A DNA stretch of 64,000 nt from Chiloscyllium plagiosum (lineage: Eukaryota). Position 1 is the first letter of the stretch. Every line of letters starts with the position of its first letter. The DNA lies in the NCBI RefSeq assembly GCF_004010195.1, contig NC_057728.1, positions 46,117,290 through 46,181,289 on the forward strand. Reading direction: 5' to 3'. The notes below the pieces were generated by a model. That model was not told the DNA's origin. It made no database searches and worked only from the letters and a program-made list of their open reading frames with translations. Of the stretch, positions 38,515 to 52,429 are shown piece after piece. Position numbers and translations under genes: made by a program.

Positions 38515-41500
38515 CAACAACTCTCTAGTCCGAAGTACAGACAGACGTTTCTGTGGCCAGCAGCGGAAAATCAGAATGGTGTGTTGCTTCCCTGGTGCCA
38601 GGATCAAGGATGTCTCACAGAGGGTGCAGAATGATCTCAAGGGGGAGAAGGACCAGCAAGAGGTCACTGTACACATTGGAGCCAATGACATAGGAAGGGA
38701 AAAGGTTGAGATTCTGAAGGAAGATTTCAGAGAGTTAGGCAGCAATTTAAAAAGGAGGTCCTTGAGAGTAGTAATATCTGAATTACTCCCGATGCTACAA
38801 GCTAGTGAGGGCAGGACTAGGAGGATAGAGCAGATGAATGCATGGCTGAGGAGCTGGTGTATGGGAGAAGGATTCACATTTTTGGATAATTGGAATCTCT
38901 TTTGGGGTAGAAGTGACCTGTACAAGAAGGACGGATTGCACCTAAATTGGAAGGGGACTAATANNNNNNNNNNNNNNNNNNNNNNNNNNNNNNNNNNNNN
39001 NNNNNNNNNNNNNNNNNNNNNNNNNNNNNNNNNNNNNNNNNNNNNNNNNNNNNNNNNNNNNNNNNNNNNNNNNNNNNNNNNNNNNNNNNNNNNNNNNNNN
39101 NNNNNNNNNNNNNNNNNNNNNNNNNNNNNNNNNNNNNNNNNNNNNNNNNNNNNNNNNNNNNNNNNNNNNNNNNNNNNNNNNNNNNNNNNNNNNNNNNNNN
39201 NNNNNNNNNNNNNNNNNNNNNNNNNNNNNNNNNNNNNNNNNNNNNNNNNNNNNNNNNNNNNNNNNNNNNNNNNNNNNNNNNNNNNNNNNNNNNNNNNNNN
39301 NNNNNNNNNNNNNNGTGTATATAACCATTTCAAACAGGTATGCTGTTTTGGAAAATGTAGGGGGTGATGGATTCTCAGGGGTACGTAGCACGAACAGCCA
39401 AGTTTCTGGTATTGAGACTGGCTCTAATGCAACGAGGGGTATGTTGGGTTCCAAGAGATCAATTGTATTAGGGGATTTTCTAGTCTGAGAGAGTAGTAAT
39501 ATCTGGATTACTCCCTGTGTTATGAGCTAGTGAGGGAAGAGTTAGGAGGATAGAGCAGATGAATGCATGGCTGAGGAGCTGGTGTATGGAAGAAGGATTC
39601 ACATTTTCGATCATTGGAATCTCTTTTGGGGTAGAAGTGACCTGTACAAGAAGGATGGATTGCACCTAAATTGGAAGGGGACTAATATACTGGCAGGGAA
39701 ATTTGCTAGAACTGCTTGGGAGGATTTAAACTAGTAAGGTGAGGGGGTGGGACCCAAGGAGATAGTGAGGAAAGAGATCAATCTGAGACTGGTACAGTTG
39801 AGTACAGAAGCGAGTCAAACAGTCAGGGCAGGCAGGGACAAAGCAGAGAACAAGGTAGGAACTGCATTTATTTCAATGCAAGAGACCTAACAGGGAAGGC
39901 AGATGAACTCAGGGCACAGTGAGAAACATGGGATTGGGTTATCATAGCAATTACAGAAACATGGCTCAGGGATGGGCAGGACTGGCAGCTTAATGTTCCA
40001 GGATACAAATGCGACAGGAAGGATAGAAAGGGAGGCAAGAGAAGAGGGGAAGTGGTGTTTTTGATAAGCTGTACTGAGGATATTCTCAGAAATACATCCA
40101 GGGAAGTTATTTGGGTGGAACTGAGAAATAAGAAAGGGATGATCACCTTATTGGGATTGTATTATAGACCCCTTAATAGTCAGAGGGAAATTGAGAAATA
40201 AATTTGTGAGTAGATTTCAGTTTTCTGTAAGAATAATAAGGAGGTTTTGCTCAAGGATTTTAACTTTCCAAACATAGACTGGGACTGTCATAGTGTTAAG
40301 GGTTTAGATGGAGAGGAATTTGTTGAGTGTGTACAAGAAAATATTCTGAATCAGTATGTGGACGTACCTAGTACAGAAGGTGCAAAACTTGACCTACTCT
40401 TGGAAAATAAGACATGGCCGGTGACTGAGGTGTCAGTGGGAGAGCACTTTGGGGGCAACGAACATAATTCTAGTAATTTTAAAATCGTGATGGAAAAGGA
40501 TAGACCAGATCTAAAAATTGAAGTTCTAAATTGGAGGAAAGCCAATTTTGACGGTATTAGGCAAGAACTTTCAAAAGTTGATTGGAGACAGATGTTCACA
40601 GGTAAAGGAATGGCTGGAAAATGGGAAGCCTTCAGAAATGAGAAAACGAGAGTTCAGAGAAAGTATATTTCTGTTACAGTGAAAGGAAAAGCTGGTAGGT
40701 ATAGAGAATGCTGGATTACTAAAGAAATTGAGGTTTTGGTGAAGAAAAAGAAAGAAGTATATGTCAGGTATAGACAGGATAGATCGAGTGAATCCTTTAG
40801 AAGAGTATAAAGGCCGTAAAAATATACATCATGAGTGCAAAAAGGGGACATGAGATAGCTTTGGCAAATAGAGTTAAGGAGAATCCAAAGTGTTTTTACA
40901 AATACATTAAGGACAAAAGGGTATCTAGGGAGAGAATAGGGCCCCTCAAAGATCTGTAAGGTGGCCTTGTGTGGAGCCACAGGAGATGGGGGAGATACTA
41001 AACAAGTATTCTGCATTAGTATTTACTGTGGAAAAGGATATGGAAAATATAGACTGTAGGGAAATAGATGGTGACATCTAGAAAATTGTCCACATTACAG
41101 AGGAGGAAGTGCTGGATGCCTTGAAATGCATAAAAGTGGATAAATCCCCAGGACCTGATCAGGTGTATGGAGAATTGACGTTTCGGGCATAAGCCCTTCT
41201 TCAGGAATCCTGAAGAAGGGCTTATGCCCAAAACGTCGATTCTCCTGTTCCTTTGATGCTGCCTGACCTGCTGCGCTTTTCCAGCAACACATTTTTAAGC
41301 TCTGATCTCCAGCATCTGCAGTCCTCACTTTCTCCTAATCAGGTGTACCCTAGAACTCTGTGGGTAACTAGGGAAATGATTGCTGGGACCCTTACTGAGA
41401 TAGTTGTATCATTGATAGTCACAGGTGAGGTGCCGGAAGACTGGAGGTTGGCTACCGTGGTGCCACTGTTTAAGAAAGGTGGTAAGGACAATCCAGGGAA

Positions 41501-42668
41501 CAATAGAGCAGTGAGCCTGATGTCGGTGGTGGGCAAGTTGTTGGAAGGAATCCTGAGGGACAGGATGTACATGTATTTGGAAAGGCAAGGACTGATTAGG
41601 GATAGTCAACATGGCTTTATGTGTGGGAAATCATATCTCACAAACTTGATTGAGCTTTTTTGAGGAAGTAACAAAGAGGATTGATGAGGGCAGAGCGGTG
41701 GATGTGATCTATATAGACTTCAGTAAGGCATTCGATTAGGTTCCCCATGGGAGACTGGTTAGCAAGGTTAGATCTCATGGAATACAGAGAGAACTAGCTA
41801 TTTGGATACAGAATTGGCTCAAAGGTAGAAGACAGAGAGTGGTGGTGGAGAGTTGTTTTTCAAATTGGAGGCCTGTGACCAGTGGAGTGCCACAACGATT
41901 GGTGCTGAGTCCATTACTTTTCATCATTTATATAAATGATTTGGATGTGAGCATAAGAGGTAGAGTTAGTAAGTTTGCAGATGACACTAAAATTGGAGGT
42001 GTACTGGACAGCGAAGNNNNNNNNNNNNNNNNNNNNNNNNNNNNNNNNNNNNNNNNNNNNNNNNNNNNNNNNNNNNNNNNNNNNNNNNNNNNNNNNNNNN
42101 NNNNNNNNNNNNNNNNNNNNNNNNNNNNNNNNNNNNNNNNNNNNNNNNNNNNNNNNNNNNNNNNNNNNNNNNNNNNNNNNNNNNNNNNNNNNNNNNNNNN
42201 NNNNNNNNNNNNNNNNNNNNNNNNNNNNNNNNNNNNNNNNNNNNNNNNNNNNNNNNNNNNNNNNNNNNNNNNNNNNNNNNNNNNNNNNNNNNNNNNNNNN
42301 NNNNNNNNNNNNNNNNNNNNNNNNNNNNNNNNNNNNNNNNNNNNNNNNNNNNNNNNNNNNNNNNNNNNNNACTAGAGGGTATAGGTTTAGAGTGAGGGGG
42401 GAAAGATTTAAAAGAGACCTACGGAGCAACATTTTCATGCAGAGGGTGGTACGTGTATGGAATGAGCTGCCAGAGGAAGTGTTGAAGGCTGGTACAATTG
42501 CAGCATTTAAAAGGCATCTGGTTGGGTATATGAATAGGAAGGATTTGGAGGGATATGGGCCTGGGTGCTGGCAGATGGGACTAAATTGGGTTGGGATATC
42601 TGGCCGGCATGGACAGGTTGGACTGAAGGGACTGTTTCTGTGCTGTATATCTCTATGACTCAATGACT
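38515..42668 (+). mobile_element. Long CR1: ORF1 SGNH esterase, ORF2 APE and RT, tail (decayed, two gaps)
   Basis: SLVRSTDRRFCG..CFPGARIKD..HIGAND..DGLHLN; DFNFPNIDW; SLMSVVGKLLE; KFADDTK; (CTATGACT)-like tail. Confidence 0.95.
41168..41333. mobile_element. PLE family A mini fold-back insertion with back-to-back HHR motifs
   Basis: Palindrome centred at 41207 (tcagga-a-tcctga). TSD cctgatcaggtgta 41154-41167 / cctaatcaggtgta 41334-41347. Confidence 0.93.
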
Positions 42669-43617
42669 CCAACAGCTGAATGGGAAAAAAAATGCATCAG
42701 GTTCACTAATGCCCTTTGAGGGGAGTGCTATTCCAGCACTGATAGTGTCTCTACCCTGGACCAGAAGGCTTGGATTCAAGACCCATCTGCTCCAGAGATA
42801 TGTAATAATATCTCTGAACAGGTTGTTTAGAAAAATAGGTACAACTGTTTCTGCATGAAAGATAAATTGGTTTTGTTCAGGTTTACATGGCTGCAGAGAA
42901 GATTGAGACCACTACTGAGCTGGGGAAGCACTCAACACATCGTTCTGTCTCCAAGTTTTTCCCTACTCCCAGCTGTTCGGTTACTTGAGAACCAATCACA
43001 GTTGTTGGCAGACAGAAAATGTGTATGTCATTGTTAACTGGTCACTAGTCAATAAACCAATTAACTTTTTGTTGCCCGCAAAAGCTGCATTCAGTTCCAA
43101 ATCATCTCAAACTGGACTTCAATTACTGCTTGTTCAAACAATTGTTTGTGATGCTTGCCCTGGATGTCAGTTTATTTGCTTTTCAAAACTGCAGCACCTC
43201 TGTTAAAATATCACTTTGAAAACAGCTCTTTTTTTTGTTTCAGTCTACAGGCTTCCAAAAAAAATCACAAAATAAAAATATATACTTATAGTGTACTGTT
43301 AATAAGGAGCTGTGCCAGATGCTATAAAGGAAAGGGAGGAAATCATTTATGAAGAAAACTAGGTTAAAATAAATGAATGACATTATTTATTTTTAAATAG
43401 CAAGAGAAATGAGAGGATCTGCGATGTAAGCCTTGCTATTGACTGACATACTTAAACTTCTCTAACACTTGTACACACGGGAAGTCTCTAAGAAAATGTA
43501 GATTACATTATCTAACCAAAAATGGATTTGATTCTTTATGAGAAGTTCCTAAACAATGTAGTATCATGTGATTATTTTGATAATTTGAATGTCTCTGATG
43601 ATACATCGGAATGGACA

Positions 43618-43790
43618 GGCAAACGTGAGGACTGCAGATGCTGGATGTCAGATTCAAGATTAGAGTGTGCTAGAAAAGCACAGCAGGTCAGGCAGCATCC
43701 AAGGAGCAGGAAAATCGACATTTCAGGCATTCCTGCTCCTCGGATGCTGCCTGACCTGTGTGCTTTTCCAGCAGCACTCTAATTTTGACA
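43618..43790. mobile_element. PLE family A mini fold-back insertion
   Basis: Inverted tail plus direct partial tail. TSD ggaatggaca 43608-43617 / 43791-43800. Confidence 0.9.
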
Positions 43791-43834
43791 GGAATGGACA
43801 TCCCACCGTTCTGAACGTGCTCTTATCTGTCCAA

Positions 43835-44064
43835 AGTTACAAACCACACAACACCAGGTTATAGTCCAACAGGTTTAATTGGAAGCACTAGCTTTCGGAG
43901 TGACACTCCTTCATCAGGTGACAATCATCAAGTGACAATCACCTGATGAAGAAGCATCGCTCCGAAAGCTAGTGTGCTTCCAATTAAACCTGTTGGACTA
44001 TAACCTGGTGTTGTGTGATTTTTAACTTTGTACACCCCAGTCCAACACCAGCATCTCCAAATCA
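43835..44064. mobile_element. PLE family B mini fold-back insertion with two HHR motifs
   Basis: Perfect TSD ttatctgtccaa 43823-43834 / 44065-44076. Arms ~43835-43920 and ~43940-44028. Confidence 0.95.
43886..43920 (-). ncRNA. Minimal hammerhead ribozyme motif (family B), intact
   Basis: Minus strand CAC-CTGATGA-A-GGAGT-GTC-ACTCC-GAAA-GCTA-GTG: stem I cac/gtg, palindromic AGCT, CUA triplet. Confidence 0.72.
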
Positions 44065-44399
44065 TTATCTGTCCAACATAGTTTCCACCAATGACAGGTC
44101 TTTGTGTTGGCAACAACTTATTTTCGAGATAAGAAGGTGTCAGTAGTTTGGGGGGATTTGTGTCACAGGAATAGGACTGGCAGAATTTGGGTTATCTGAA
44201 GAACAAATTCTGACCTGCATGCCTCATTTTCTGCAGCAACTCCTCAGCATAACAATTTGGAGTCCCTAAGATTTCTGCATGTCTTACTTTGACATGATAG
44301 CTTATTAATGTGGTGCTGATTATTTCAGAGAGACTGCAAAGTTTCAGCTTGACAGGCTGAAACATGCCTTTCAAAAAATTGCCTGCCATCGTCATTGGC

Positions 44400-44730
44400 A
44401 ATCACTCGCTAATGAACATAATCATCCACCTTGGATATTCCATGCCATTGGCCATGGGTGCTATGGGTCTTTGTGTGGCTGATTAGCCTGATCTGAGAGC
44501 CAAATCTTCATCTGCACATTTGGCAAGTGTTTCCAAAAAGTGGATGTGTTTTCCTTGCCTTTGAAATCATTGGCATTCCTTTCTCTGGCTCTTTTCCATG
44601 CTTCCTCTGGCTGCCTGGCATTCTCAAAGAATTTTATCCCTGCAAACAGAAACTACCTTCAAGTTGGTTTCTTCTGAATGTGAGTCTCCCATGCATTGAC
44701 ATTTTGTTGTACTTCTTCAAGGACCCTTTC
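44400..44730 (-). mobile_element. RTE-clade LINE 3' end relic
   Basis: Minus strand gives CQMCR*RFGSQIRLISHTKTH, resembling the C-terminal C2H2 motif of RTE ORFs. Confidence 0.55.
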
Positions 44731-44747
44731 AAAAGATTTTTTTTCCC

Positions 44748-45075
44748 TTACAGTGGCTCAGTGTTTAGCACTACTGCCTTACAGTGCTAGAGACCAGGGT
44801 TCAATTCCACTCACGGGTGGCTGTCTGTGTCATGTTTGCATGTGTCCATGTCGGTTTCCCTCCCACAGTTCAAAGATGTGCCAATTAGGCGGATTGGCCA
44901 CAGCGAAAATGTTCGTAATGTTCAGGGATGTGTAGGCTAGGTGGATTAGCTAAGGTAAATATGGGATTATGATGTATGCCAGGGGGTTTGGTGGGATGCT
45001 CTTCAGAGGATTGGTGCAGTCCTGACAGACTTCCTTCCATGCTGTAGGGCTTCAATGATCCTAAGGGTTCTATAA
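44748..45075 (+). mobile_element. HE1-like V-SINE (diverged)
   Basis: cagtggctcagtgtttagcactactgcct..cagggttcaattcc..cccacagttcaaagatgtg. Confidence 0.8.
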
Positions 45076-45079
45076 TTCC

Positions 45080-47430
45080 TCTCGCTCGAGTTCCTTCTTT
45101 GAGCTCTAGTCATCCAGCATTCCCTACATCTATCAGGCTTTCACTTTACACTAACAGGAAAATACAGTCTCTGGACTCTCATTGTCTCTTTTTAAAGGCC
45201 TCCCACTTTCCAACCTTCACTTTCCTGCAAAAATCCACTTTTGAAAGTTCTTGTCTAATACTGTCAAAATTGGCCTTCCTCCAATTTAGAACTTCAACTT
45301 TTAGATCAGGTCTATCTTTTTCCATAACTATTTTAAAACTAATCAAATTATGATCACTGGCCCCAAAGTGCTCCACCACTGACACACCAGTCACGTGCCC
45401 TGCCTTATTGCCCAATAGAAGATCAAGTTTTGCTCCTTCTCTTGTAGGCACATCCACATACTGAGTAAATAAATTTTCTTGCACATATGTAACAAATTTC
45501 TCTCCGTCCAAGCCCTTAATCTATGACAGCATCCTCCTGTTCCTTGGATGCTGCTTGACCTGCTGCGCTTTTCCAGCAACACATTTTCAACTCTGATCTC
45601 CAGCATCTGCAGTCCTCACTTTCTCCTTAATCTATGACAGTCCTAATCTATGTTTGAAAAATTAAAATTCCCTACCATTACTATTGTATTAATCTTGTAG
45701 ATGTCCGAGATCTCTTTACAAATATGTTTTTCAATTTCCTTTTGGAGGGTCTATAGTATGATCCCAATCAGGTGATCATCCCTTTCTTATTTCTCAGTTA
45801 CACACAAATAACTTCCCTGAACATGTTCTCCAGAACATCTTTTCTAAGTACAGCCATAATTTTATTCCAAATGAAAAATGTCACTCCCCTTCCTCTCTTG
45901 CCCCCCTTTCTATCCTTCCTGCAGCATCTATCCTCTGGAACATTAGGTTGCCAGTTGTTACCTCATTCTCTGCCTTGCTGTTGTTTGCTCTGACTATTTG
46001 ATTTGCTCCTTATCCAAACCACACCAGCCTCATACTGATCCTTTTTCTCACTATCTTTCTGTCCCTTCCCCATTCTCCTCTACTGACCCATCCCACCCCT
46101 CCCCACCCCGACCAATAGTTTAAAGCCACCCAATTTGCTCTAGCAAACATTCCCACCAGTATATTAGTCCCCTTCCAATTCATGATGCAACTCGTCCTTC
46201 TTATACAGGCATCTTCTACCCCAGAAGAGATTCCATGATCCAAAAACATTAATCCCTGCCCCCTACACCAGGTCCTCAATCATACAGTCATCTGATCTAT
46301 CCTCCTATTCCTACTCTCACGAGCATGTGGCACAGAGAGTAATCCAGATATTACTGCCCTCAAGGATTTAATTTTTAAACTCCTGCCAAAGTTACTCCAT
46401 TCTCTCTTGTCCCTTTTTCTTCCTATGCTATTGGCAGCAATGTGTGCAATGACCTCCTGTTGGTCATGCTCCCCTTTGAGAACATTCTGCACCCTCTCCG
46501 AGACATCCTTGACCCTGGCACCAGGGAGGCAACACATCATTCTGATATCTCATTGTCAGCCACAGAAATGTCTATCTGTGGCCTTGACTAGGGAGTCCCC
46601 TATCACAATTGATCATTTGGAACTTGACATATACTGAATACCGTAGGAGCAGTCTCAGTCCCAGAAATCTGGCTGTAAGTATTACATTGCCCTGAAAGTC
46701 TCATCATCCCCTACACTTTCCAAAACAGCATACTTGTTTGAGATCGGGGATAGCCACTGGGAACTCCTGCACTACTTGCCCACTCCTCCTACCGTTCCTC
46801 GAGATAATTCATCTACCTGACTGTAGCTGCAGCTTTTCTATCTTCCTAAAGCTGCCATCCATCACACACACTGGCTTCTGTAAATTCCTCATTGCCTCTA
46901 ACTGCAACTCCAACTGATCTATGCTTTCTGATAGGATTCACAACCAAACACACTTCCTGAAGACATAATCATCAGAAACACTGAAATTCTCCCTGATCTC
47001 TCATATCTGACAGGAAGAGCACATCACTCTACTAAAGGCCATCCCTATATCTTAACCTACAGACCCAGAAAATGACACAGTCTTACTGCTCTAAAAATAA
47101 TGCTCTACGATAACTTAATATCTGTGTTTTATATTAAAAAAAAGTCAAGAGACAGATCTAAATAGAGCATCTACATCTAAAACAACTGTCATGCTACTCA
47201 ATATTGTAGATGTACAAAAAAATAAAATTTCTAAGTTTTAAAAGCCTTAAAAACAAACATTTAGCTGATCAAGCTTTGCAATCCTGACACTTCCAGCTGT
47301 GAATCATTCAGATAATGAGGTCTCTCCAAGGTCAGCTGTGAAATTTCACGGTTTATTTTTCTTGGACTAATACCAGAGATGCTTGTAATTTCACAGTCAG
47401 TCAGCTGTGAAAGTTCACTGCTTGTTTTTT
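45080..47430 (-). mobile_element. 5' half of a CR1 (5' UTR, ORF1 zinc finger/leucine zipper, esterase, APE); RT absent
   Basis: ATG at 47042: MAFSRVMCSSCQI*EIRENFSVSDDYVFRKCVWL*ILSESIDQLELQLEAMRNL. ORFs 46280- (CCLPGARVKD) and 45179- (APE). Confidence 0.9.
45530..45624 (+). mobile_element. PLE family A 95-bp tail insertion
   Basis: Perfect 16-bp TSD ccttaatctatgacag 45514-45529 / 45625-45640. Confidence 0.95.
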
Positions 47431-47570
47431 AATTGTCGGAGAGTCATGAGGTAATCATTGTTACCAACAGGGAGCTCCAAGAGCCAGTTAACGGGTTCGT
47501 TCTTGACCATTTGTCTTTGGTTGATCCTCAGGTTTTCCTCTCCAGAAGAAGATGTAAACACTCCGTCACT

Positions 47571-47740
47571 GCGTGTGTGTCAGTGTCTGTGTGTGAATCT
47601 GTTTCTGTGTGTGTCTGTGTCTGTGTATGTCTGTGTGGGTGTGTCTGTCTATGTGTGTGTGTCTGTCAGTGTCTGTGTCTGTGTGTGTGTCTGTGTCTGT
47701 GTATGTCTGTGTGGGTGTGTCTGTCCATGTGTGTGTGTTC
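47571..47740. repeat. Compound (GT)/(GTCT) microsatellite
   Basis: Directly visible. Confidence 0.95.
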
Positions 47741-47869
47741 GTGCCTCCTAGGAATTCAACAGCCTCCCTGAGCACTGTCTTGTTATACAGTCCTCTATTG
47801 TGCAACTCCCTCCTGTCCACTACCGTCCTATGTACATATTGTACCATAGCATATCGTGGTTTATAATCT

Positions 47870-50170
47870 CATAAACATTTTACAGTATGGAAAGAGATTC
47901 TCAGCCCATTATGTCCACACCTGTCTTCAACAATCCTCGTCCCATTTTCTAGCCCATAGTCTCATATGCTATGATCCTTCGAGTGATCATCTAAATGCAC
48001 CTTAAATGTTGTAATGATTCCTTGCTCTATTACACTTCCAGGTCTGCAAGTACCCCCCAACTTCTGTGTGAAAAATTCTTCCTTTCTAAATCTCCTGCCT
48101 GTTGCCTTACATCTCTGATACTGGTTCTTGATCTTTCAACTAAGTGGAAAAGGTTCTTCCTATCCATCTTATCAATGGCCCTCACAATTTTTTACACCTC
48201 AATTAGTTCCCTCCATAGTCCATCCTGGTGAATCCAGCCTTTCTAATGCAATCACATCCAGGCAGTATAATGACCAGAACTACACATAATATTTTAACTG
48301 TGCACTAACTGAAGTCTATTACAGCACAGACACATCCTCCCTTCTCTTGAATTCAATGCATTCATTAATAAAGCTAAGTATCCCAAATGCCTTCCGAACT
48401 TCCTCATTTACCCATCCTATTGCATTCAGTGATCTGTGTTCATCCACATCAAGGTTCCTCTGATCCTGTGTCCTTTAAAGGTCCTACCATTCATCATGTA
48501 CTCCCTTTCCATTTTTGTCCTCCAAAAATACACTTTTTGGGACTAAATGCCACTTGCTGTTGTTCTGTCCATTTGACCAGCCATCTATACTGGCTTGTAA
48601 CCTAAGGCTTTCCTCCTCACTATTTACCGCATCATCAATTATTGTGCCTTTTATGAACCTCCTGATCATACCTCCTACATTCATGTTTAGATCATTAGTG
48701 TGCACTTACAAAAGCAATGAACCTTGTGAAAAGCCACTGGACATAGAATTACAGCTGTGAAAAAACCATTTGATCTTCACTCTCTGCTTTCTGCTACTAA
48801 ACCAATTTTGGATCCAAGTCACCCTGTATTCCGTGGACTCTTACCTTCCTCATGAGTCTCCCATACCACACCTTGTTAAATGTCTTACTAAAGTCCATGT
48901 TGACTACATTTACCACACTGCCCTCATCCACATATCTAGTTACCTCCTTGAAAAACCCAATCAAAAATGACAGGCATGACTTCTCTACCTCCAACAAAGC
49001 CTTGCCAACTGTTCTTGATTAATTCTTGCCTCAAGATTAATTCCCTCAGAATTTTCTCCAGTAGTTTCCCCACCATTGATTTCAGACTCACTGGTCTATA
49101 GTGTCTGGTTTATCCTCACAACCCTTCTTGAGTAATGGTCCAACATTTGCTGTTCTCCTGTTTTCTTGCACCAGTTCTCAGCTAGTGTCCACAGACGTAT
49201 TGGAAATTAATGTCAAGGCAATGCCATTTCCTTCTTTACCTCCCACAGCAGCCTAGGATGCACCTTATCTCAGCCTACAGACTTATTTAATTTTATACTT
49301 GGTGATACTGCTCATTCCTCATCCCTGTCAATTGTCATTTGTACAATAGATTACCGCCCTTTTCCCTGATTTATGTACCAAAATTGTTCTTCTTTATCAC
49401 AAATCCAACTACAAAGAACACAATTAAACTTCACTCACATCTTCTTGTTCCATCCACAGTCATCCATATAGGTCACTAATCAGTCTCATTCATTGCCTGA
49501 CTTTGCCCCTAATAATTTGATGAAATATCTTTGGATTTTCCTTTCTTTTACCCATCAATGTTTTTCATGTCCCTTCTTTATATTCCTAACTTTTTTTCCC
49601 AGTAAGTTTCAGTAACGTAGTTTCTATACACCTCTGGGGCTTCTGCTGTTCTGGTGCTCAGTATGTACCATAACATACTTTTTCTTTCCCTTATGCAATC
49701 TTATACATTTCTTTATCTAGAATTTTCTGGATTTTTTATTCTTCATCTTTACCGGAACACTTCTACTATTTTCTTTTTGAAAGACTATAACTGCTCCAAT
49801 GTAGATGCTCCTACAAGTTGCTCCTGTAGGTATCTTTTGACAGATTCTATCTTACCATATTGAAATTGGCCTACCCAGAATTCAAAATTTGTATTTTTGG
49901 CTCACTTTTCCACTTCACTACAACTACCTTAATTTTGACTGAGTTACATTTCCTATTGCCGAAATGCTGCCCCATTAATACTTTTATCACTTGCACAGTC
50001 CCTAAAACTAAGTCCAGCGCTGCTTGACACTTGTAGGCCTTTCTGCATTCTGGCTGAAAAACTTTCAAAGATACATTTTAAGAATTGCAACTCTTCTAAG
50101 TCTTTAACACTTTGTCTATCCCAGTTAACATTGGGTTGGTTGAAACTTATTACATTTATTTGAAACTTGC
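47870..50170 (-). mobile_element. Old CR1 ORF2 relic
   Basis: ORFs 48797- (NMDFSKTFNKVWYGRLMRK), 48484- (NDLNMNVGGMIRRF) and 49871-. Confidence 0.85.
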
Positions 50171-50174
50171 CTAT

Positions 50175-50465
50175 ATCATAGAATCCTTACAGTGTGAAAG
50201 CAGGCATTTCAGTCTATATCAGTCTTCCAAACAGCATTCTACCCAGACCCATTCCCTATCCCTGTAACCCTGTTTCCCATGGCTAATCCACTAAAGCTGC
50301 ACATCTTTTGGTCTATGGGAGGAAACTGGAGCACTTGGGGGAAACTCATGCAGACATTGAGAGAACGTGCAACCTCCATACAAACAGTCGCCCAAGGGTG
50401 GAATTGAACCCGGGTTCCTGGCACTGTGAGGCTGATGTGTTACCCATTATACCACTATGCTGCTG
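50175..50465 (-). mobile_element. HE1-like V-SINE
   Basis: tgggaggaaactggagcac..gcagaca..gagaacgtgcaa..gaattgaacccgggt.cctggcactgtgagg. Confidence 0.85.
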
Positions 50466-52429
50466 CACATATCTGCACTTCTATCTCTTCCTGACTCTTT
50501 GGGGGTTGATAGTACACTCCCTATAATGTGGTTGCCCCCTTTTTAAGTTCTACCCATACAATTACAATATTTTCTAAAATATAATTTATTTCTATATTTA
50601 TACTTATTCCTGGTCCACACTGGCCTGAACTTGCTGAATATTATTATGATTATGTATTGTAAGACACACAAATATACAATCATTTTATTTGGGAGATGGT
50701 TTAGCTTGTTCAAAAAGCGACCTATTTTGCATTTTTCATTGAATGTTCCATTTTGTGTTGAGCTGCCTTGGAGGTTCAAGGTGAGTTTTCTTATGTAGCC
50801 ATTATAATATGGTGAACAAACTACTCTGGACATTGTAGATTAAAGTAACATTTCCTTTAATAGGAAAGCACCATAGAAAGGCTTTACTTCTATGCAATCT
50901 GTATTCCTTAACAAACATTTCACAAGGTTTTTATAATGTCCAAAAACACCAGATATTCAATTAACCTGTCAAGTAGTTTGAAATAATTGACCAATCATGT
51001 ATCTTGAAACCAATGTATCATTTGCTATTGCAAAACTCCGAAATCAGTTACTATTATTAAATTTTAGAGCAAAGAAACAAGACAATGTATCAACATAATT
51101 AGTACCTTTCACTTTCTTCACTGTGCAATCAATAAAAAAGTCATTTGTTATTCACCAGGTACCTGTTGGACATATATCTGAAAGACTTTCCATTTATTTT
51201 GCCTTAAGACAGACAGATAAAAGTAATTTCAAAGCAAGTAGACTACCATTAATGTTGACTCGTTCCAAACCTAATATAGAAACACATATGTGGGTTACAT
51301 AGCTGCCTTAAGAAATCTAAGTGTTTGACTCAACATTTAATTTCGAGTTTCTTCCTCATTTCCAGAACAGAATGTAACAATATTCATATAATTACATATG
51401 ACAGAGACAGATGAATGAGGGAATTATTTTGTGTTCTTTGAGCTTTTGAATCAGTCTCAGTCATTGTTCTTCATATCATATATTCTGTGATGCCATTTGC
51501 AAAAACAAAGAAATATGAAGCAACAAGGAGCAGTGGAATTGTGCTAGCAATCAAAAAATTTTCACATTGGATGGACCTTGAATTTTTACATTGATTAGCT
51601 TGTTTTATTCAGCACGTTCTATGGAAACAGTTCTCCAAAGTACAAGAGTTGGTATATTATAAATCACATAAAAGCAAGATACTGCGGATGCTGAAAATCT
51701 GACTGATTGGGGATCTAATAATCATGATGTGATTGCTCGCTTTTTCACTTTGCCTATTACATTCATCCCTAGACAGCGAAGCAGATAGAAATGAAAGCAT
51801 GAATGTCACTTCTTTTTCAAGAATCTGTAACCGTTCAAGACCTGGAGCCTTCCCTGTTGAGTCAGTGTTTCCCTGATTGGCCCTGATTGATCTTCACTGC
51901 TGCAACATTTAAGTCTCAGTGAGTGTCAGAACCAAACCCCCCGCCATCGTCAGAAGCTGTTTTTCCAAGACACCATCATGTTGGTCATGCCAAGAAATAA
52001 TAAGAAAGCTCCTTCTTCCTACGCATCCTCCAATAGAGAACAGAATGTTGTTGGAGATTAATTCCTCAAACAAAATAAATTAGTGGAGTGGAGGTGCAGG
52101 GAGGGTGGGCTGGAGAGAGAGTGGAGTAATAGAGTTAAACGTTACTGGTTAAGCAATGGTACTGTAAAAGAGCTTAGGTGAGATGTCGAGTAAATAGAAT
52201 TTGTTTTACAAAGCATAGCTGTTGAGCAGGTGCAAAATATATCATAGTGGCACAGATCAGTTGAAAGAGAAGTCAGAAAACATGTCCTTTCTTCCAACTT
52301 TCTGTATATAGTTATGTTCAATAAAACCTATGGCTGTTCACTCACAGGATTGTGGACCTCACCTTGCTACAAGTGAGAGACTCTCCACTCCCTTGACTAA
52401 TATGTAAACCACAACTAACAATGCAAAAA

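Noticed and set aside
47260..47510. Apparent minus-strand ORF starting MVKNEPVNWLLELPVG
   Set aside because: It stops after about 30 codons at the T run near 47425 and lies in or beside the CR1 5' UTR.
47433..47866. Cys/Val-rich ORFs resembling metallothionein
   Set aside because: Translations of the (GT)/(GTCT) microsatellite.
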